A stretch of 64,000 nt of DNA from a bacterium (GCA_021802705.1 JAJZRL010000001.1:20379-84378); one strand, 5' to 3'; positions 18,216-28,730 are shown, counted from the first letter of the stretch. Numbers and translations are program-made. Notes: generated from the sequence alone by a model not told the origin.

Positions 18216-20624
18216 TTATTTGCCGACCTGTTTTACGAACGTTTCCGGATTGATGCTGCCTATCTGCGAGGGATCCGGTTCGCCGGCTGGAAACAGCACG
18301 TATACGCCCCGCAGCCAGCCCCCATACTTGACCGGAAATACCCAGGGTCGCCATGAGCCTTTATAAAAAACGGGTTTTTCGGCCTGCACCCAGACGACGG
18401 CATCGTGATGAGTCTTTACGTAATTTTCTGCCGCGACAAATTGAGCGCTATAGTCCTTGCCGTAAGCGAGAAAGGCGCCGGTCGAGTCCTCGAATACATG
18501 TCCGGCTGCAAGATCGATCGACAGGCCGTTTCGATTTGTAAACGAAAGGACCTGTTCCGGCGACAAGGGCGATGTCGCTGCTTTTTCCGAATTCGGTTCC
18601 AAGGACGCGACAGCAGACGGAGCATGCTCGTTTCCCGCCTCATGTTTGGTTATCGGCTCATGACTGCCGGATTTCGCTTCAGAAGATTCTGAATGGGGTT
18701 TTTCGGAAAAAACAGCGGAAGGGATGACCTCTTTCAGACGCCGATGTGGCGGGGAAACATGATGACGCGCGGCTTTAGCCACTGGAGCTCGCGCAACGTG
18801 AGCGGTACCCGTACCGTGCGACGAGATGCTCGGCAACGTCTCAAACGTCGAGGAGAACGTTTGCTCGCGAGTATGCGTACCGGTTGTAAGAGGCGCTCCT
18901 CCTTTGGCAGGCGCTGAGGTCTCCGTATCATGGCCGAGCGTATGTGCGATCCATGCTTCGCTTACGCGCGATGCGCCAAGAAACGAAGCGGTCTCGTACG
19001 CCCCGAGACCGACGATCGCGGCGATGATGATTTTCATTTTCCAGGACACGCCGAACTTGTCCATCTCCTTCTTGAGTTCTTCGTCCCGTTTCAGGAAGTA
19101 TGCCCGGGACGTTTCGGCGCTTTCCGCTGTTCCTCCCGCCAGACGTCCGATAAGCTCGCGCAGAAGACTCTTCGACTCCGCAGGAGTACGCTCCGGGACG
19201 GTGGTCTTATACGCTCCGTTATCGCGAGACGAGTAACTTGATTCCGGCTCTTCTCTCTCCATCCCTCCCGCACGACGCATCATCCAGGCATGCTGCGGAT
19301 CGATTGCCTCGTCAGGATCCGGGACGATCGGCAATTCGCTCTTTACCGGCGCCGGAGAAGCACCGGCAATGATGATGTTTGAGGTCCGGATTGTGCCGCC
19401 TGCCTCTTCTTTCGGTTTCTGCGGGATTTCATCAGAGTGTCCTCTTGCTGCCGCACGCTCCCGGGCAAGGAAGGACTCGATATCCGTTTCGGGAAGCGTA
19501 TCGGACGTCGAGAGGTTCTTTGCGCGCGTATCGAAGAAATCCTGGAATCTTTGATGTACTTCGTCCGGAACGGCGCTGAATTCCATAGGACCGTTCGCGT
19601 CTCTTCGGTACAATGCGTAAAGCTCCCCGAGCGTGGCGCTGCGCTGTTCCTCGAGGGGAGAAGGCGTCCACGGCGCACCTTCTTTCTCCCCCTCATCTTC
19701 GTGCGATGGTTCGGGTGTCAGTTCGTTCGGAGTCTCCTGTTCCCTGCCAAACGTAAACTCGAGCGGTTCGCGTTTCTCGGGACTCTTGCGAGGCGCGGGT
19801 GATTCCAGACGGCGCAGCTCATTCTCGAGCTCGAGAACTTCTTTTTCAAGCTCGTCATGGTCGTGCGGGTAGTCGGCCGGGCTCGCCGCTTCGCGCTCAA
19901 GCGTCGAAAGGCGCTGCCGGATTTCCTGTGCGCGATCCACAGTCGTACTGATTGCGCTCGACTCCTGCTTTATAGATGCGCTTTCTCCCGCTTCAAGAGC
20001 GTGCAGCTTAGCTTCGCGCATTAGGACATCCGATTCGATATCCTTACGGGCGCCGGGTCGTGCGGCTTCCGCTTCAAGATCCCGTATCTCTGCCCGTAGT
20101 TGTCGAATAGCGGTCTCTTTCGGCGAGAGTTCGGTCTCCTTTTCGCTTATCGAGCCTTCGTTCTCGGACACGTGTACGACCTCAGAAGCTTCGCCCGCTG
20201 AGTCCGGAGGGCTTGGCTCTGGGTTCGCCTGCGCGACCGACCCTGGCTCCGGTTCCGATTCCGAATCAAGAGGGTTCGGATTCGGACTCCCAGACGGGAC
20301 GTCTTCGGCAGATTCCGGAGTATCCGGGTTTGTTATTCGCCTGCGCGGCCTCGATGACTTTTCGCTTTCTGGCTTTTTTTTCTCCGCTTCACTGGAAGCG
20401 AGTCTCTCTACATAGCTTTTTTTTGTTTTCGGATTCTTGAGTTTCTCATACATTGCCAAGACCTGCGGGGGGATCTTATCGCCGTAGATCTGCTTCAAAG
20501 GAGACAAAGGGTCCTTCTCCGCCTGCGGCGACTTAGCCTCGGAAGATGCCGGCGATTTCGGAAGGTTCTCCGGCTCGACGGGAATATCTTTCTTTTTCAA
20601 GAACTCCGGAATTCGTTCGACCAT
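18216..20624 (-). CDS. Large low-complexity single-pass membrane protein
   Basis: 802 aa, P/E/S-rich with coiled coils, one hydrophobic helix (IIIAAIVGLGAY) and a compact C-terminal domain. Confidence 0.75.
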   Translation of the reverse strand: MVERIPEFLKKKDIPVEPENLPKSPASSEAKSPQAEKDPLSPLKQIYGDKIPPQVLAMYEKLKNPKTKKSYVERLASSEAEKKKPESEKSSRPRRRITNPDTPESAEDVPSGSPNPNPLDSESEPEPGSVAQANPEPSPPDSAGEASEVVHVSENEGSISEKETELSPKETAIRQLRAEIRDLEAEAARPGARKDIESDVLMREAKLHALEAGESASIKQESSAISTTVDRAQEIRQRLSTLEREAASPADYPHDHDELEKEVLELENELRRLESPAPRKSPEKREPLEFTFGREQETPNELTPEPSHEDEGEKEGAPWTPSPLEEQRSATLGELYALYRRDANGPMEFSAVPDEVHQRFQDFFDTRAKNLSTSDTLPETDIESFLARERAAARGHSDEIPQKPKEEAGGTIRTSNIIIAGASPAPVKSELPIVPDPDEAIDPQHAWMMRRAGGMEREEPESSYSSRDNGAYKTTVPERTPAESKSLLRELIGRLAGGTAESAETSRAYFLKRDEELKKEMDKFGVSWKMKIIIAAIVGLGAYETASFLGASRVSEAWIAHTLGHDTETSAPAKGGAPLTTGTHTREQTFSSTFETLPSISSHGTGTAHVARAPVAKAARHHVSPPHRRLKEVIPSAVFSEKPHSESSEAKSGSHEPITKHEAGNEHAPSAVASLEPNSEKAATSPLSPEQVLSFTNRNGLSIDLAAGHVFEDSTGAFLAYGKDYSAQFVAAENYVKTHHDAVVWVQAEKPVFYKGSWRPWVFPVKYGGWLRGVYVLFPAGEPDPSQIGSINPETFVKQVGK

Positions 20625-20638
20625 ATAGAAATGGATAA

Positions 20639-23416
20639 TCAGCGCGAGAGGTATCGCTCTCGTATCGCATTCTCAATGGTAGCACGGTCCCGTCCGTAGG
20701 TGAGTGCGGAAAGCTGGATAAGATCGGCCATTTGGGCATGGTTTGGCAGCGGCAGGTCCGGCGTATGCAGATCGAACGGTTTTTGCGGCACGCCACTCGC
20801 AAGGATCTTGACGTACGCGTTCCGGTTTTCCAAGTTGACGAAATCCAGAGCCGTAAAAACCGGAGCGAACTGTTTTTCGAAGAATTCGGCATCTTCTTCT
20901 CCGACGCGGAAAATCGCCATACTGCCGACGTTGCCGAAAACGGCGTTCCGCGTCTTCTCATCCACCTGCGCGAGAAACTGGTGCGCCATCGAAAGCGAGA
21001 GCTTGTACTTGCGCGCTTCCGAAAGGATGCCGGGGATCGAATCGGTCGTGATGTTCTGGAATTCATCGATATACAGGTAGAAAGGCGGACGCAACGCGTG
21101 CGGGCTGTCAGCACGCGAAAGCGCCGCCATGAAGAGCTTGCCGACGACGATAAGCCCGATCAGGTTCGCATTCCGTTCTCCGAGACGTCCTTTCGAAAGG
21201 TTAACGAGCAGAATCTTCCTCGTATCCATGACCTCGCGAAACTTAAACGAAGATTCCTGCTGTCCGACGATGGGGCGTATGAAATCGTTCGCGGTGAAAT
21301 CGTCGAATTTGTTCGTGATGTACGGCACGATGTTCTCAAGCGCCGCTTCGCCGCCGGCCTTTGTCGCAATCTCGTTCCAGAACTGATTGACGACGGGATT
21401 CATGCTTTTCGCGAGTTTTGCCCGCCTGAACTCGGCGCTCGAAAGGACGCGCGCGATATCGAGTATGGTCGAATCGCTGCTCGGGTCTTCCATCACGAGC
21501 AGCGTCGCGTTCCGGAAATACTGTTCGAACGCCGGCCCCATGCTCTCGGGCACGTCGCCATAGAGGCGGCGGAAGATCATGAGAAGCTCGTTGACGATGA
21601 ACGTCTTCTGTTCGGGCCGTGAAAGGTCGTACTCGAGGAAGTTGAGACCGAAGGGCCTGGAAAGATCCGCCGGATCGAAATAAATAACATCTCCGTATCG
21701 CTCCGGCGGCACGCTTGCGAGGATGTCGAGAATATCGGAACCGTGCGGGTCGATGAAACAGCAGCCTTCGCCGTTCCTGATATCCTGGATGATCATCGAC
21801 TTCATGAGACCGGTCTTACCGGTACCGGTCTGTCCGATGACATAGAGATGCCGCAGGCGATCCTCCGCACTCAGATAGACGCGCGTCTCGTGCCCCCGGT
21901 ACGTATTGATACCGAGAAGCGTGCCCGCCTGAGGAAGAGTGAGCGGTGCGGGAGCGTGCGTAAAACGTGCTTGTTTCAGATGCGGCGAGGAGCCGGTGTC
22001 GAACGTCGGGAAATGATAGACGGTCGTCAGTTCGTGCAGCGAAAGGGGAATCGCGGAAGGAGCCGGGAGCCGGAAAGAGAAATTGTCGAGAATATCCTGC
22101 GTGCGCCGGTCTCTTACGCGGGTGAACGAGAGCTTGTTCCCTTGCGTATTCGAAAACTGGTTAAACGCGGCTTCAAGTTCTCCGAGAATCTGTTCGGCTC
22201 TTCCCTTTTCCTGCGCTGAGACGACGAGACGCATCGTCGTGTCGACGATGGGTGAGGCGATTTTTTTCTCGATCTGTTCGATATGGGCCTTGTTCGCTTC
22301 GATCTGGCGGGTTTCCGCTTCTTTCTCTTTCTCTTCGTCTTTCGGCTTGTCCGAGAAGAGCGTCCGGCCGATATCACGAGCTACTTCTCCGAAGATGGTC
22401 TCCGGAGTGGCAAACGCCGCATTACTCTTCTCGCCCTTACGGAGCGCCTGGAGGATTTTCCGGTAATGCTTCACGTACCGGTCGCCTCGCGGCTCGACGA
22501 TAATCTGGAGCGCGACGCCTTCGCCTTCGTGCTTCACGTTGGCAAAGGCGTTGGTAACCGCATTGATCGGGTCATGATCGAAGTCGGCGTAATCTTTGAG
22601 AGGCAGTGCGGGATGCTCGGTGAATGCGGCGACAGACACGACAGAAGCGCCGCTGGAAACGAAGATGTTGTAATCCCTCGGTTGCGGCGTCACATGGGCG
22701 TCCGGGAAAACGGCAAGGAGCTGCTTTTCGAAAAGGTCGCGTTTCCCGTTCGGTACGGCGGCGTAAAATTGGAGTTCAGGGCTGTCCGAAGGTATGGCAA
22801 GCTCAAGCGCGTAATACGAAGGTTCGCCGGGCAGGGCATCGCCGACGGAAAGGAGTCCCGCATAAAACTGCTCCATCGCGGAAATGAGCTCTTTAAGCGG
22901 TCTTGTCTGCTTGTCCGGCCCGCCGTTTCTCGAGCCGGGGAGCGCGATCTCGTAGAGCGTCATGCGGAGCGCCCGAAAACGCGGCGCGCGCTCATCGCCG
23001 GAGGAAAGCGGCAATCCTGCAGCCACATAACGCACGAGATATCGGTGAAAATCGTCTGTAAGGTGCGGATCGTGGAGTTTTTCCAATACGGCAAGCGCAT
23101 TCTTGATGCCTCGTTCTTCGATCGTCCGCTGCAAGCTCTCGATCGCCTGCGTGTCGCTGCCAAGATTAAGTTCGGCAAGTATGCTCGAAGCGGCCGATTC
23201 GACCGCCGCCTCGTTCATACGGTATGCCGGTGCAAGCATCTCCTCGGCAGGTCTTGCATGGTGCGCGTGGATTTGTTCGGAAATGATCGCCGGACGCTCG
23301 ATCGCTGCGTCAGGCCGGACGCTCTGTGCCCGGACCTCCGCTTCCTTGCGAGCCACTTGCTCGCGCAGATATGCAAGCTCTTCTTCCGGCGTGGATAATG
23401 TAGGTAACGATTCCAT
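20639..23416 (-). CDS. VirD4/TraG/TrwB-like coupling ATPase (type IV secretion DNA-binding domain)
   Basis: DRLRHLYVIGQTGTGKT Walker A, IDPHG, LYIDEFQ Walker B, SEARKY and HQFLAQ. Confidence 0.9.
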   Translation of the reverse strand: MESLPTLSTPEEELAYLREQVARKEAEVRAQSVRPDAAIERPAIISEQIHAHHARPAEEMLAPAYRMNEAAVESAASSILAELNLGSDTQAIESLQRTIEERGIKNALAVLEKLHDPHLTDDFHRYLVRYVAAGLPLSSGDERAPRFRALRMTLYEIALPGSRNGGPDKQTRPLKELISAMEQFYAGLLSVGDALPGEPSYYALELAIPSDSPELQFYAAVPNGKRDLFEKQLLAVFPDAHVTPQPRDYNIFVSSGASVVSVAAFTEHPALPLKDYADFDHDPINAVTNAFANVKHEGEGVALQIIVEPRGDRYVKHYRKILQALRKGEKSNAAFATPETIFGEVARDIGRTLFSDKPKDEEKEKEAETRQIEANKAHIEQIEKKIASPIVDTTMRLVVSAQEKGRAEQILGELEAAFNQFSNTQGNKLSFTRVRDRRTQDILDNFSFRLPAPSAIPLSLHELTTVYHFPTFDTGSSPHLKQARFTHAPAPLTLPQAGTLLGINTYRGHETRVYLSAEDRLRHLYVIGQTGTGKTGLMKSMIIQDIRNGEGCCFIDPHGSDILDILASVPPERYGDVIYFDPADLSRPFGLNFLEYDLSRPEQKTFIVNELLMIFRRLYGDVPESMGPAFEQYFRNATLLVMEDPSSDSTILDIARVLSSAEFRRAKLAKSMNPVVNQFWNEIATKAGGEAALENIVPYITNKFDDFTANDFIRPIVGQQESSFKFREVMDTRKILLVNLSKGRLGERNANLIGLIVVGKLFMAALSRADSPHALRPPFYLYIDEFQNITTDSIPGILSEARKYKLSLSMAHQFLAQVDEKTRNAVFGNVGSMAIFRVGEEDAEFFEKQFAPVFTALDFVNLENRNAYVKILASGVPQKPFDLHTPDLPLPNHAQMADLIQLSALTYGRDRATIENAIRERYLSR

Positions 23417-23426
23417 CGGTACGCAT

Positions 23427-23434
23427 AGTATACT
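23427..23434. promoter_or_regulatory. Palindromic AGTATACT giving a -10 box on both strands (VirD4-like / dedA)
   Basis: TATACT lies 8 nt before the dedA ATG (+) and 10 nt before the ATPase ATG (-). Confidence 0.55.
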
Positions 23435-23442
23435 GCACGTGA

Positions 23443-24072
23443 ATGCTTGATTTCTTTACCGCTTGTATACATCTCGACCCGATCGGCATCATCAAAGCCG
23501 GCGGATACCTCGGGCTTGCGGTGCTCGTCTTTGCCGAGAGCGGTCTTCTCGTCGGTATCTTCTTGCCCGGCGATTCGCTGCTCTTCGTCGCGGGTCTTCT
23601 TGCCGCCGGCGGTTTTCTCGAGCCATTGTCGCTCACCTTCATCGTCGTCGGCGCGGCGATACTCGGCGATTCGGTCGGCTACTGGTTCGGCACGCGTATC
23701 GGCAGCGCTCTCTTTACCCGCAAGGATTCCCGATTCTTCAAGCAAGCGTACGTCGCGCGAACGCAGGGCTTTTTCGAAACTTACGGCGGACGAGCGATCA
23801 TCCTCGCACGCTTCGTGCCGATCGTACGCACGATCGCGCCGATCCTCGCGGGAGTCGGTTCCATGCGCTACACGCGCTTTCTCTCGTACAATGCGCTCGG
23901 AGGAGTCCTTTGGGGAGCGGGAGTGATCCTGCTCGGGTATTCGCTCGGATCGGTAATCCCGAATAGCGACAAATACGTACTCCCTATCTCGCTTGGCATC
24001 ATCATCCTTTCTTTCTCGCCCCTCCTCCTGAACCTCGTGCGCGGCAAAAGCAAAAGATTGACACGGCAGTAA
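23443..24072 (+). CDS. dedA: DedA/VTT family membrane protein
   Basis: FAESGLLVGIFLPGDSLLF and ARFVPIVRT motifs. Confidence 0.92.
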   Translation: MLDFFTACIHLDPIGIIKAGGYLGLAVLVFAESGLLVGIFLPGDSLLFVAGLLAAGGFLEPLSLTFIVVGAAILGDSVGYWFGTRIGSALFTRKDSRFFKQAYVARTQGFFETYGGRAIILARFVPIVRTIAPILAGVGSMRYTRFLSYNALGGVLWGAGVILLGYSLGSVIPNSDKYVLPISLGIIILSFSPLLLNLVRGKSKRLTRQ

Positions 24073-24157
24073 TAAGTATTAAAGTTTCTCGCGGCTGTCA
24101 GAGAGGCGTCATGCCTCTCCTTTTCTGTCCCAAACCGCATGAACCAAGGAGACCGCT

Positions 24158-24538
24158 ATGGACACCGAAGCGCAACTTGCTGCAACCCTTAAAGATGCTG
24201 CAATCTCGTATCGCAACAAAACGCTCGTCCCGGAGATCGTTCCCCGACTCTACGGACAACTGATGACGGAACCCGTCATCCTCCAGGTCGTCGAGCCTTT
24301 CGTGGCTCAAAGCAGCGAACACCTTCCTCCCGATACTCGTGAGTTGGTAGAAACAAAGCTGAAGTCATACGCATCAAAAGCTCTGAATCTTATGAGCGAT
24401 TATCCGAACGTGCACCAGGCGAATGGCACGAGCTTCTTAACGCAGGATAACGCGGATGCGCTGCTCACGCTCTTCGTAAACGAAGTCTATGCGCACTTTG
24501 CTCCGGACCCGCTCCTGAACTCCCGCGACCTTTCCTGA
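24158..24538 (+). CDS. Hypothetical protein
   Basis: AAGGAG Shine-Dalgarno and a downstream terminator. Confidence 0.65.
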   Translation: MDTEAQLAATLKDAAISYRNKTLVPEIVPRLYGQLMTEPVILQVVEPFVAQSSEHLPPDTRELVETKLKSYASKALNLMSDYPNVHQANGTSFLTQDNADALLTLFVNEVYAHFAPDPLLNSRDLS

Positions 24539-24552
24539 ATGTTCCTCTGAAG

Positions 24553-24590
24553 AAACCCGCCTCTGCAGCTTCCCTGCGAGGCGGTTTTTT
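24553..24590 (+). terminator. Intrinsic terminator
   Basis: CGCCTC...GAGGCG stem followed by a T6 tract. Confidence 0.7.
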
Positions 24591-24610
24591 ATTATCGAAA
24601 GGAACGCGTA

Positions 24611-26119
24611 TCAGCGGCTCCAGAGATGGAAGACCCAGTTTATGACGGAGAGCACGAGGCCGAAGAGGAGCGCCGTCCAGAATCCCGCGACAGAAAATCC
24701 GGGGACGAGAGCGGCAGCAAGCATGATGAGGAGCGCGTTGATGACAAGCGAAAAGAGGCCGAGCGTAAGAATCGTAATGGGAAGCGCGAGGAGAAGGAGG
24801 GCGGGCCGGATGAAGAGATTGAGCGCGCCCAAGACGATCGCAGCGATAAACGCACCGGTGAGCGTTATGGTCACGCCGGGGACGATATACGCCGCCACGC
24901 CGATCGCGAGCGCGGCGACAAGCCAGTGGGAGAAAAGCTTCATACGAGAGAGTGTAGCAAGAAACGGGAATCTTGCATTGCCGCCGCCTTCCTCAAGCTC
25001 GGGCTCGCGTCCCTCCGCTGAAGGGAATCCCGTGAGGAAGAATATCGCCGCGATCGTCGAAAGAGGGACCGCAAGCACGATACCGAGCGACCCGACGATA
25101 GCCCGCGCGATCTCCGTCGCGAACATCTCGCGGTTTATCGTCTCCAGAAACGTCTCGCCCCCGTAAGACTGGAAAAGCAGAAGGAGCGGGAGCGCGGCGC
25201 CGACATAGGCGATTGCGAGCGTATTGACGAGCGCGCCGATATGCTCCCGGCCCATACGCATCGCCCGCGCGAAAAGCTGGTACGGAGACACGTGCGGCGA
25301 AGCCCGCAGGAGCTCTTCCACCGCGACGGCCTGCCCTATCGCCGCGTCGTACAGGATCCCGAGCGCGCCGATAAGCATCGCGCCGAGAAGAAGGCCGATG
25401 AAATCAAAATGTCCGTGCATGGCAAAACTGAGATCGACGGTGTTTTCGTCGGAGATACCCGAAAGCTGCAGCGCGCCTATCACCGCATGCGCGATGAATG
25501 TCGTAACGACAACCGTCGCGATAAGCCCGAGAACGGCGGCGCTCGTCGTACGGTTTATGCCATGCGTGAGGAAAGATCCGAAAATGACGATAAGGGAAGA
25601 GACGCCGAAAGCGACCAGGAACGGATTGTATCCGGCCACGATACCGGGAAGGAGCACATAGAACACGAGCATGATGCTCGCGGAAAGGGCGAGGAGCCCC
25701 CGCAGCCCGGTCCAACCGCCGATAAGGATGACGGCAAGAACGAATAAGCCGAGCAGCATCCCGAGCGCATTCAGACGGTCAGGCTCAAGCATGACGTAGC
25801 GGTCGGCTCCCGCGCTTCCGCTGCGGGTCAGGAAGAACGTGTCACCGGGGCGCAGCGGAGAACGATCGTTCTCCACCGTCACGGTCTTTCCTTCATCGCT
25901 TCCGGAGAGGACGAGCGCCGAAAGCATCTGGTACGTCGCCGAATTGTCGGTACCGGGTATATTCCTGATCTGCGTGCTCTCGACGGAAAGCACGCGCGCT
26001 TTCTCGACAGAGACGGATGATTCGCTCGAAGTCGCCGTCGCCGGTGCGGAAGCTTGCGCGTGCGTAACGGTTACGGGAAGCGCGAGGAGAAAAAGCGGAA
26101 TGACGAGGATACGGAACAT
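24611..26119 (-). CDS. YibE/F family membrane protein in frame with a C-terminal YvlD / 4-TM holin superfamily IV domain
   Basis: YibE/F motifs (GREHIGALVNTL, YVGAALP) followed by MKLFSHWL...RPALLLLALPITILTLGLF...VPGF. Confidence 0.8.
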   Translation of the reverse strand: MFRILVIPLFLLALPVTVTHAQASAPATATSSESSVSVEKARVLSVESTQIRNIPGTDNSATYQMLSALVLSGSDEGKTVTVENDRSPLRPGDTFFLTRSGSAGADRYVMLEPDRLNALGMLLGLFVLAVILIGGWTGLRGLLALSASIMLVFYVLLPGIVAGYNPFLVAFGVSSLIVIFGSFLTHGINRTTSAAVLGLIATVVVTTFIAHAVIGALQLSGISDENTVDLSFAMHGHFDFIGLLLGAMLIGALGILYDAAIGQAVAVEELLRASPHVSPYQLFARAMRMGREHIGALVNTLAIAYVGAALPLLLLFQSYGGETFLETINREMFATEIARAIVGSLGIVLAVPLSTIAAIFFLTGFPSAEGREPELEEGGGNARFPFLATLSRMKLFSHWLVAALAIGVAAYIVPGVTITLTGAFIAAIVLGALNLFIRPALLLLALPITILTLGLFSLVINALLIMLAAALVPGFSVAGFWTALLFGLVLSVINWVFHLWSR

Positions 26120-26137
26120 AAGGAAAGCCGGGCGGGA

Positions 26138-26857
26138 TTATCCGGCAAGATGCACGACAACATAGAGAAGCAGCGCGCCAAGGAGCGTCATGACGGTCGT
26201 AAGGGCTCGCGGATGCCGGTGGTGGCTTTCGGGAATAAGGTCGCTCGACGAGAGATAGAGGAAGGTGCCGACGAAAACCGCAAGCACGAGGCCGATGAGC
26301 GAATCGGGAATGCGGAAAAGGAGCGTCGAAGCGACGCCGGCAACCGGCGCGAAAGCGTCAACCAGAAGCCAGTGAAAAGCTTTTTTCCGCGTGCCTCCGT
26401 TGCGCAGCACGAGACTCACCGTGTTGATGCCGTCGGAAAAATCATGCGTCAGTACCGCAGCCGTGATGACAACCCCGAGCGCTACGGAAGCCTGGAATCC
26501 TATCCCGATAGCAACGCCGTCAAGGAAGCTATGCGCCGAGAGCGTAAGCGCGCCGAATGAGCCCCGGGAATCGTTCACGATTCCTTCGTCCTCCTCGTGC
26601 GTGTGCAAGAGTATGAGCCGATCGAGGATGAGATACCCGAAAAGCCCGAACGCGACAAAGAGAGCTACGGTCGAAGCGCTGTGATACGGCGTGCCGAACC
26701 GTATCGCTTCGGGAAGAAGGTCGAAGAGCGCGACGCCCGCGACAGCACCGGCAGAAAAGCCGAGGATAAGATGCAGCTTGTCGCGGAAACGGAGCGCGAA
26801 CGATCCGCCGATGAGCGTAGCAAGCGCTGTCGAAGCGGCGATCAGGAGGAGAATCAT
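26138..26857 (-). CDS. ZIP family metal transporter
   Basis: HSFLDG, HDFSDG, DLLPEA and DLIPE motifs. Confidence 0.9.
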   Translation of the reverse strand: MILLLIAASTALATLIGGSFALRFRDKLHLILGFSAGAVAGVALFDLLPEAIRFGTPYHSASTVALFVAFGLFGYLILDRLILLHTHEEDEGIVNDSRGSFGALTLSAHSFLDGVAIGIGFQASVALGVVITAAVLTHDFSDGINTVSLVLRNGGTRKKAFHWLLVDAFAPVAGVASTLLFRIPDSLIGLVLAVFVGTFLYLSSSDLIPESHHRHPRALTTVMTLLGALLLYVVVHLAG

Positions 26858-26882
26858 ACCGCAGAGAGCCCGTATTTAGGCT

Positions 26883-27587
26883 TTATTTTGCCAACTCCGT
26901 GTCGATTGCCGCCTTGAAGTTCGCGTAAGGGTATGCGCCCTGGATGAGCTGTGTGCCGATGATGAAGGAAGGCGTCGCATTGATGCCGAATTTCTGCGCT
27001 TCGGTCCGGTCGGCATCGATTGCCGTGTCATACGCAGCTTTGTTGGCCGCGACAGTCTCTTTCACCTTGTTTACGTCGATACCGGAAACCGATCCCGTCA
27101 CCTTCAAGAGCCACGCGAGGTTCGCGCTCGCGTCGAGGCTGTTCTCTTGCGGCTGCTCGGCATAAAACGCGGTGCGCCAGGCGAAGAACTTGTCAGGATA
27201 GAGCGCCCATATCGCACGGGCGTACTCGGCATCGACCATAGAGTTCGGGCCAAGGAACTCGAAATCCTTGAAGACGACTTTGACTTTTCCGGCGTTCACA
27301 TAATCCTGGATGATCTGCGGCAGTGTCGTGACTTCGAACTGCTTGCAGAAAGGACACTGGTAATCCGACCACTCGACGAGCGTAACCGGCGCGTTCTGAT
27401 TTCCGATATAAGGCTCTCCGTCGAGAGATACGTCTTTGACGTTTACCGCCTGTCCCGTCCCCGCGCTCGGTGCCGCTGGTGCAGCGGGGTGCGACCCGTT
27501 CCAAAAAACCGCGCCCGCGATAAAAAGGCCCGCAAGCACCACCGCTGCCGGCAAAAGCAGCTTATTGCTCATCTCATTGGTATTCAT
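26883..27587 (-). CDS. DsbA-like thioredoxin-fold oxidoreductase
   Basis: SDYQCPFC active site, GINATP cis-Pro loop, N-terminal anchor. Confidence 0.9.
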   Translation of the reverse strand: MNTNEMSNKLLLPAAVVLAGLFIAGAVFWNGSHPAAPAAPSAGTGQAVNVKDVSLDGEPYIGNQNAPVTLVEWSDYQCPFCKQFEVTTLPQIIQDYVNAGKVKVVFKDFEFLGPNSMVDAEYARAIWALYPDKFFAWRTAFYAEQPQENSLDASANLAWLLKVTGSVSGIDVNKVKETVAANKAAYDTAIDADRTEAQKFGINATPSFIIGTQLIQGAYPYANFKAAIDTELAK

Positions 27588-27653
27588 ATGCTTACCATGC
27601 TACCACACGCCGTTTTCCCCTGCTATCCGACTTAATAACAGGCTATGCGGACT

Positions 27654-28730
27654 TCACTGGTATTGGATAAAGATAGGCTCGGGAGTAAGCGAGAGGACCT
27701 CGGCGGGAGTGAGCATGCCGGTTGAGGGGGGTTTCAGGTCGTTTTTATAGAAGAGCTTGATGCCGGTAAATTGCACCGGTTCGGGATAGATGACCGAATT
27801 GTATGTTCCCCGCTTCTTCGCTTTCGAACCCCAACCATCCATATCCATGACTATCTCGACTTCCGGCAGCGGCTGTATCTTCTTGTAGCGAGTGACCATC
27901 GCTTCCGTAAAACGATGCACGATGAGGATCTTGGGCGGCAAGTGGTATTCGCGGACAAGCCCGGCAAGGTATTGCGCGGCGTAATTTATGTCGGATGCGT
28001 CGAACGTGCCGATAACCGTACCCGGCGGGTTCCCGTATTTCATGGAAAACTCCGGGTCGATAGCAAGCTCGACCTGCGGCAGCTTGAGATAAGGTTCAAG
28101 GAGCGGAAGCTCTTCTTGCAAAGTGCTGAGCCCGACCTGTACGTCGAGGATCGTGAGCCCGTGCACCTGATCGGCAAGCTGGATCGTCTTCTCGATCTGG
28201 TCATCAGGCATTCTTAACCGATATTTCCCGTCCTTGCCCGGGCTCCCCTGCGCGACAACCGCGATATACTCGAGCGCCGGCAAGACCGGCGTGGAAGGAT
28301 CCGCCACTTCCCAGCTTTTTACTTCCGCACCAAGCATCGCGAGCATCTGTTCTGGCGGGTATTCGCCCAAGACTCCCATCTGTTTCGAATAGTAATTGCC
28401 GTAATAGGCGACGATGCGCTTAAAAGGCAGGATGGCGCCGGCATCCGGATACACCGTCTTTACCGGCCAGAGCCGCATGGTCGAAGACGCCTCCGGTACG
28501 GTCGTCGAAGCCGTCAGAACCGCAACGGTCGTCGTGCTCTCGTGGGCAAGGGCCAGGAGCCGCGCGTCATATGCGGCCTTGTCGAGCACCGGCAAAGGGA
28601 TGAAACGCTCCGGCGTATCCGATGCCGTCGAACGGTATTCCGTCGCGAAAAGGTTCGTGTAGCTGAAAACGTAGGCGAATGCGAATACTGCGATCCCTAC
28701 GCCTGCCCCACGCAATAGTGCCGTCACCAT
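27654..28730 (-). CDS. Conserved exported hypothetical protein (possible glycoside-hydrolase-like barrel)
   Basis: N-terminal anchor and conserved-looking blocks AYYG, LDVQVG, IDPEF, VHRFT, DGWG and GIKLFY; function inferred only. Confidence 0.7.
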   Translation of the reverse strand: MVTALLRGAGVGIAVFAFAYVFSYTNLFATEYRSTASDTPERFIPLPVLDKAAYDARLLALAHESTTTVAVLTASTTVPEASSTMRLWPVKTVYPDAGAILPFKRIVAYYGNYYSKQMGVLGEYPPEQMLAMLGAEVKSWEVADPSTPVLPALEYIAVVAQGSPGKDGKYRLRMPDDQIEKTIQLADQVHGLTILDVQVGLSTLQEELPLLEPYLKLPQVELAIDPEFSMKYGNPPGTVIGTFDASDINYAAQYLAGLVREYHLPPKILIVHRFTEAMVTRYKKIQPLPEVEIVMDMDGWGSKAKKRGTYNSVIYPEPVQFTGIKLFYKNDLKPPSTGMLTPAEVLSLTPEPIFIQYQ

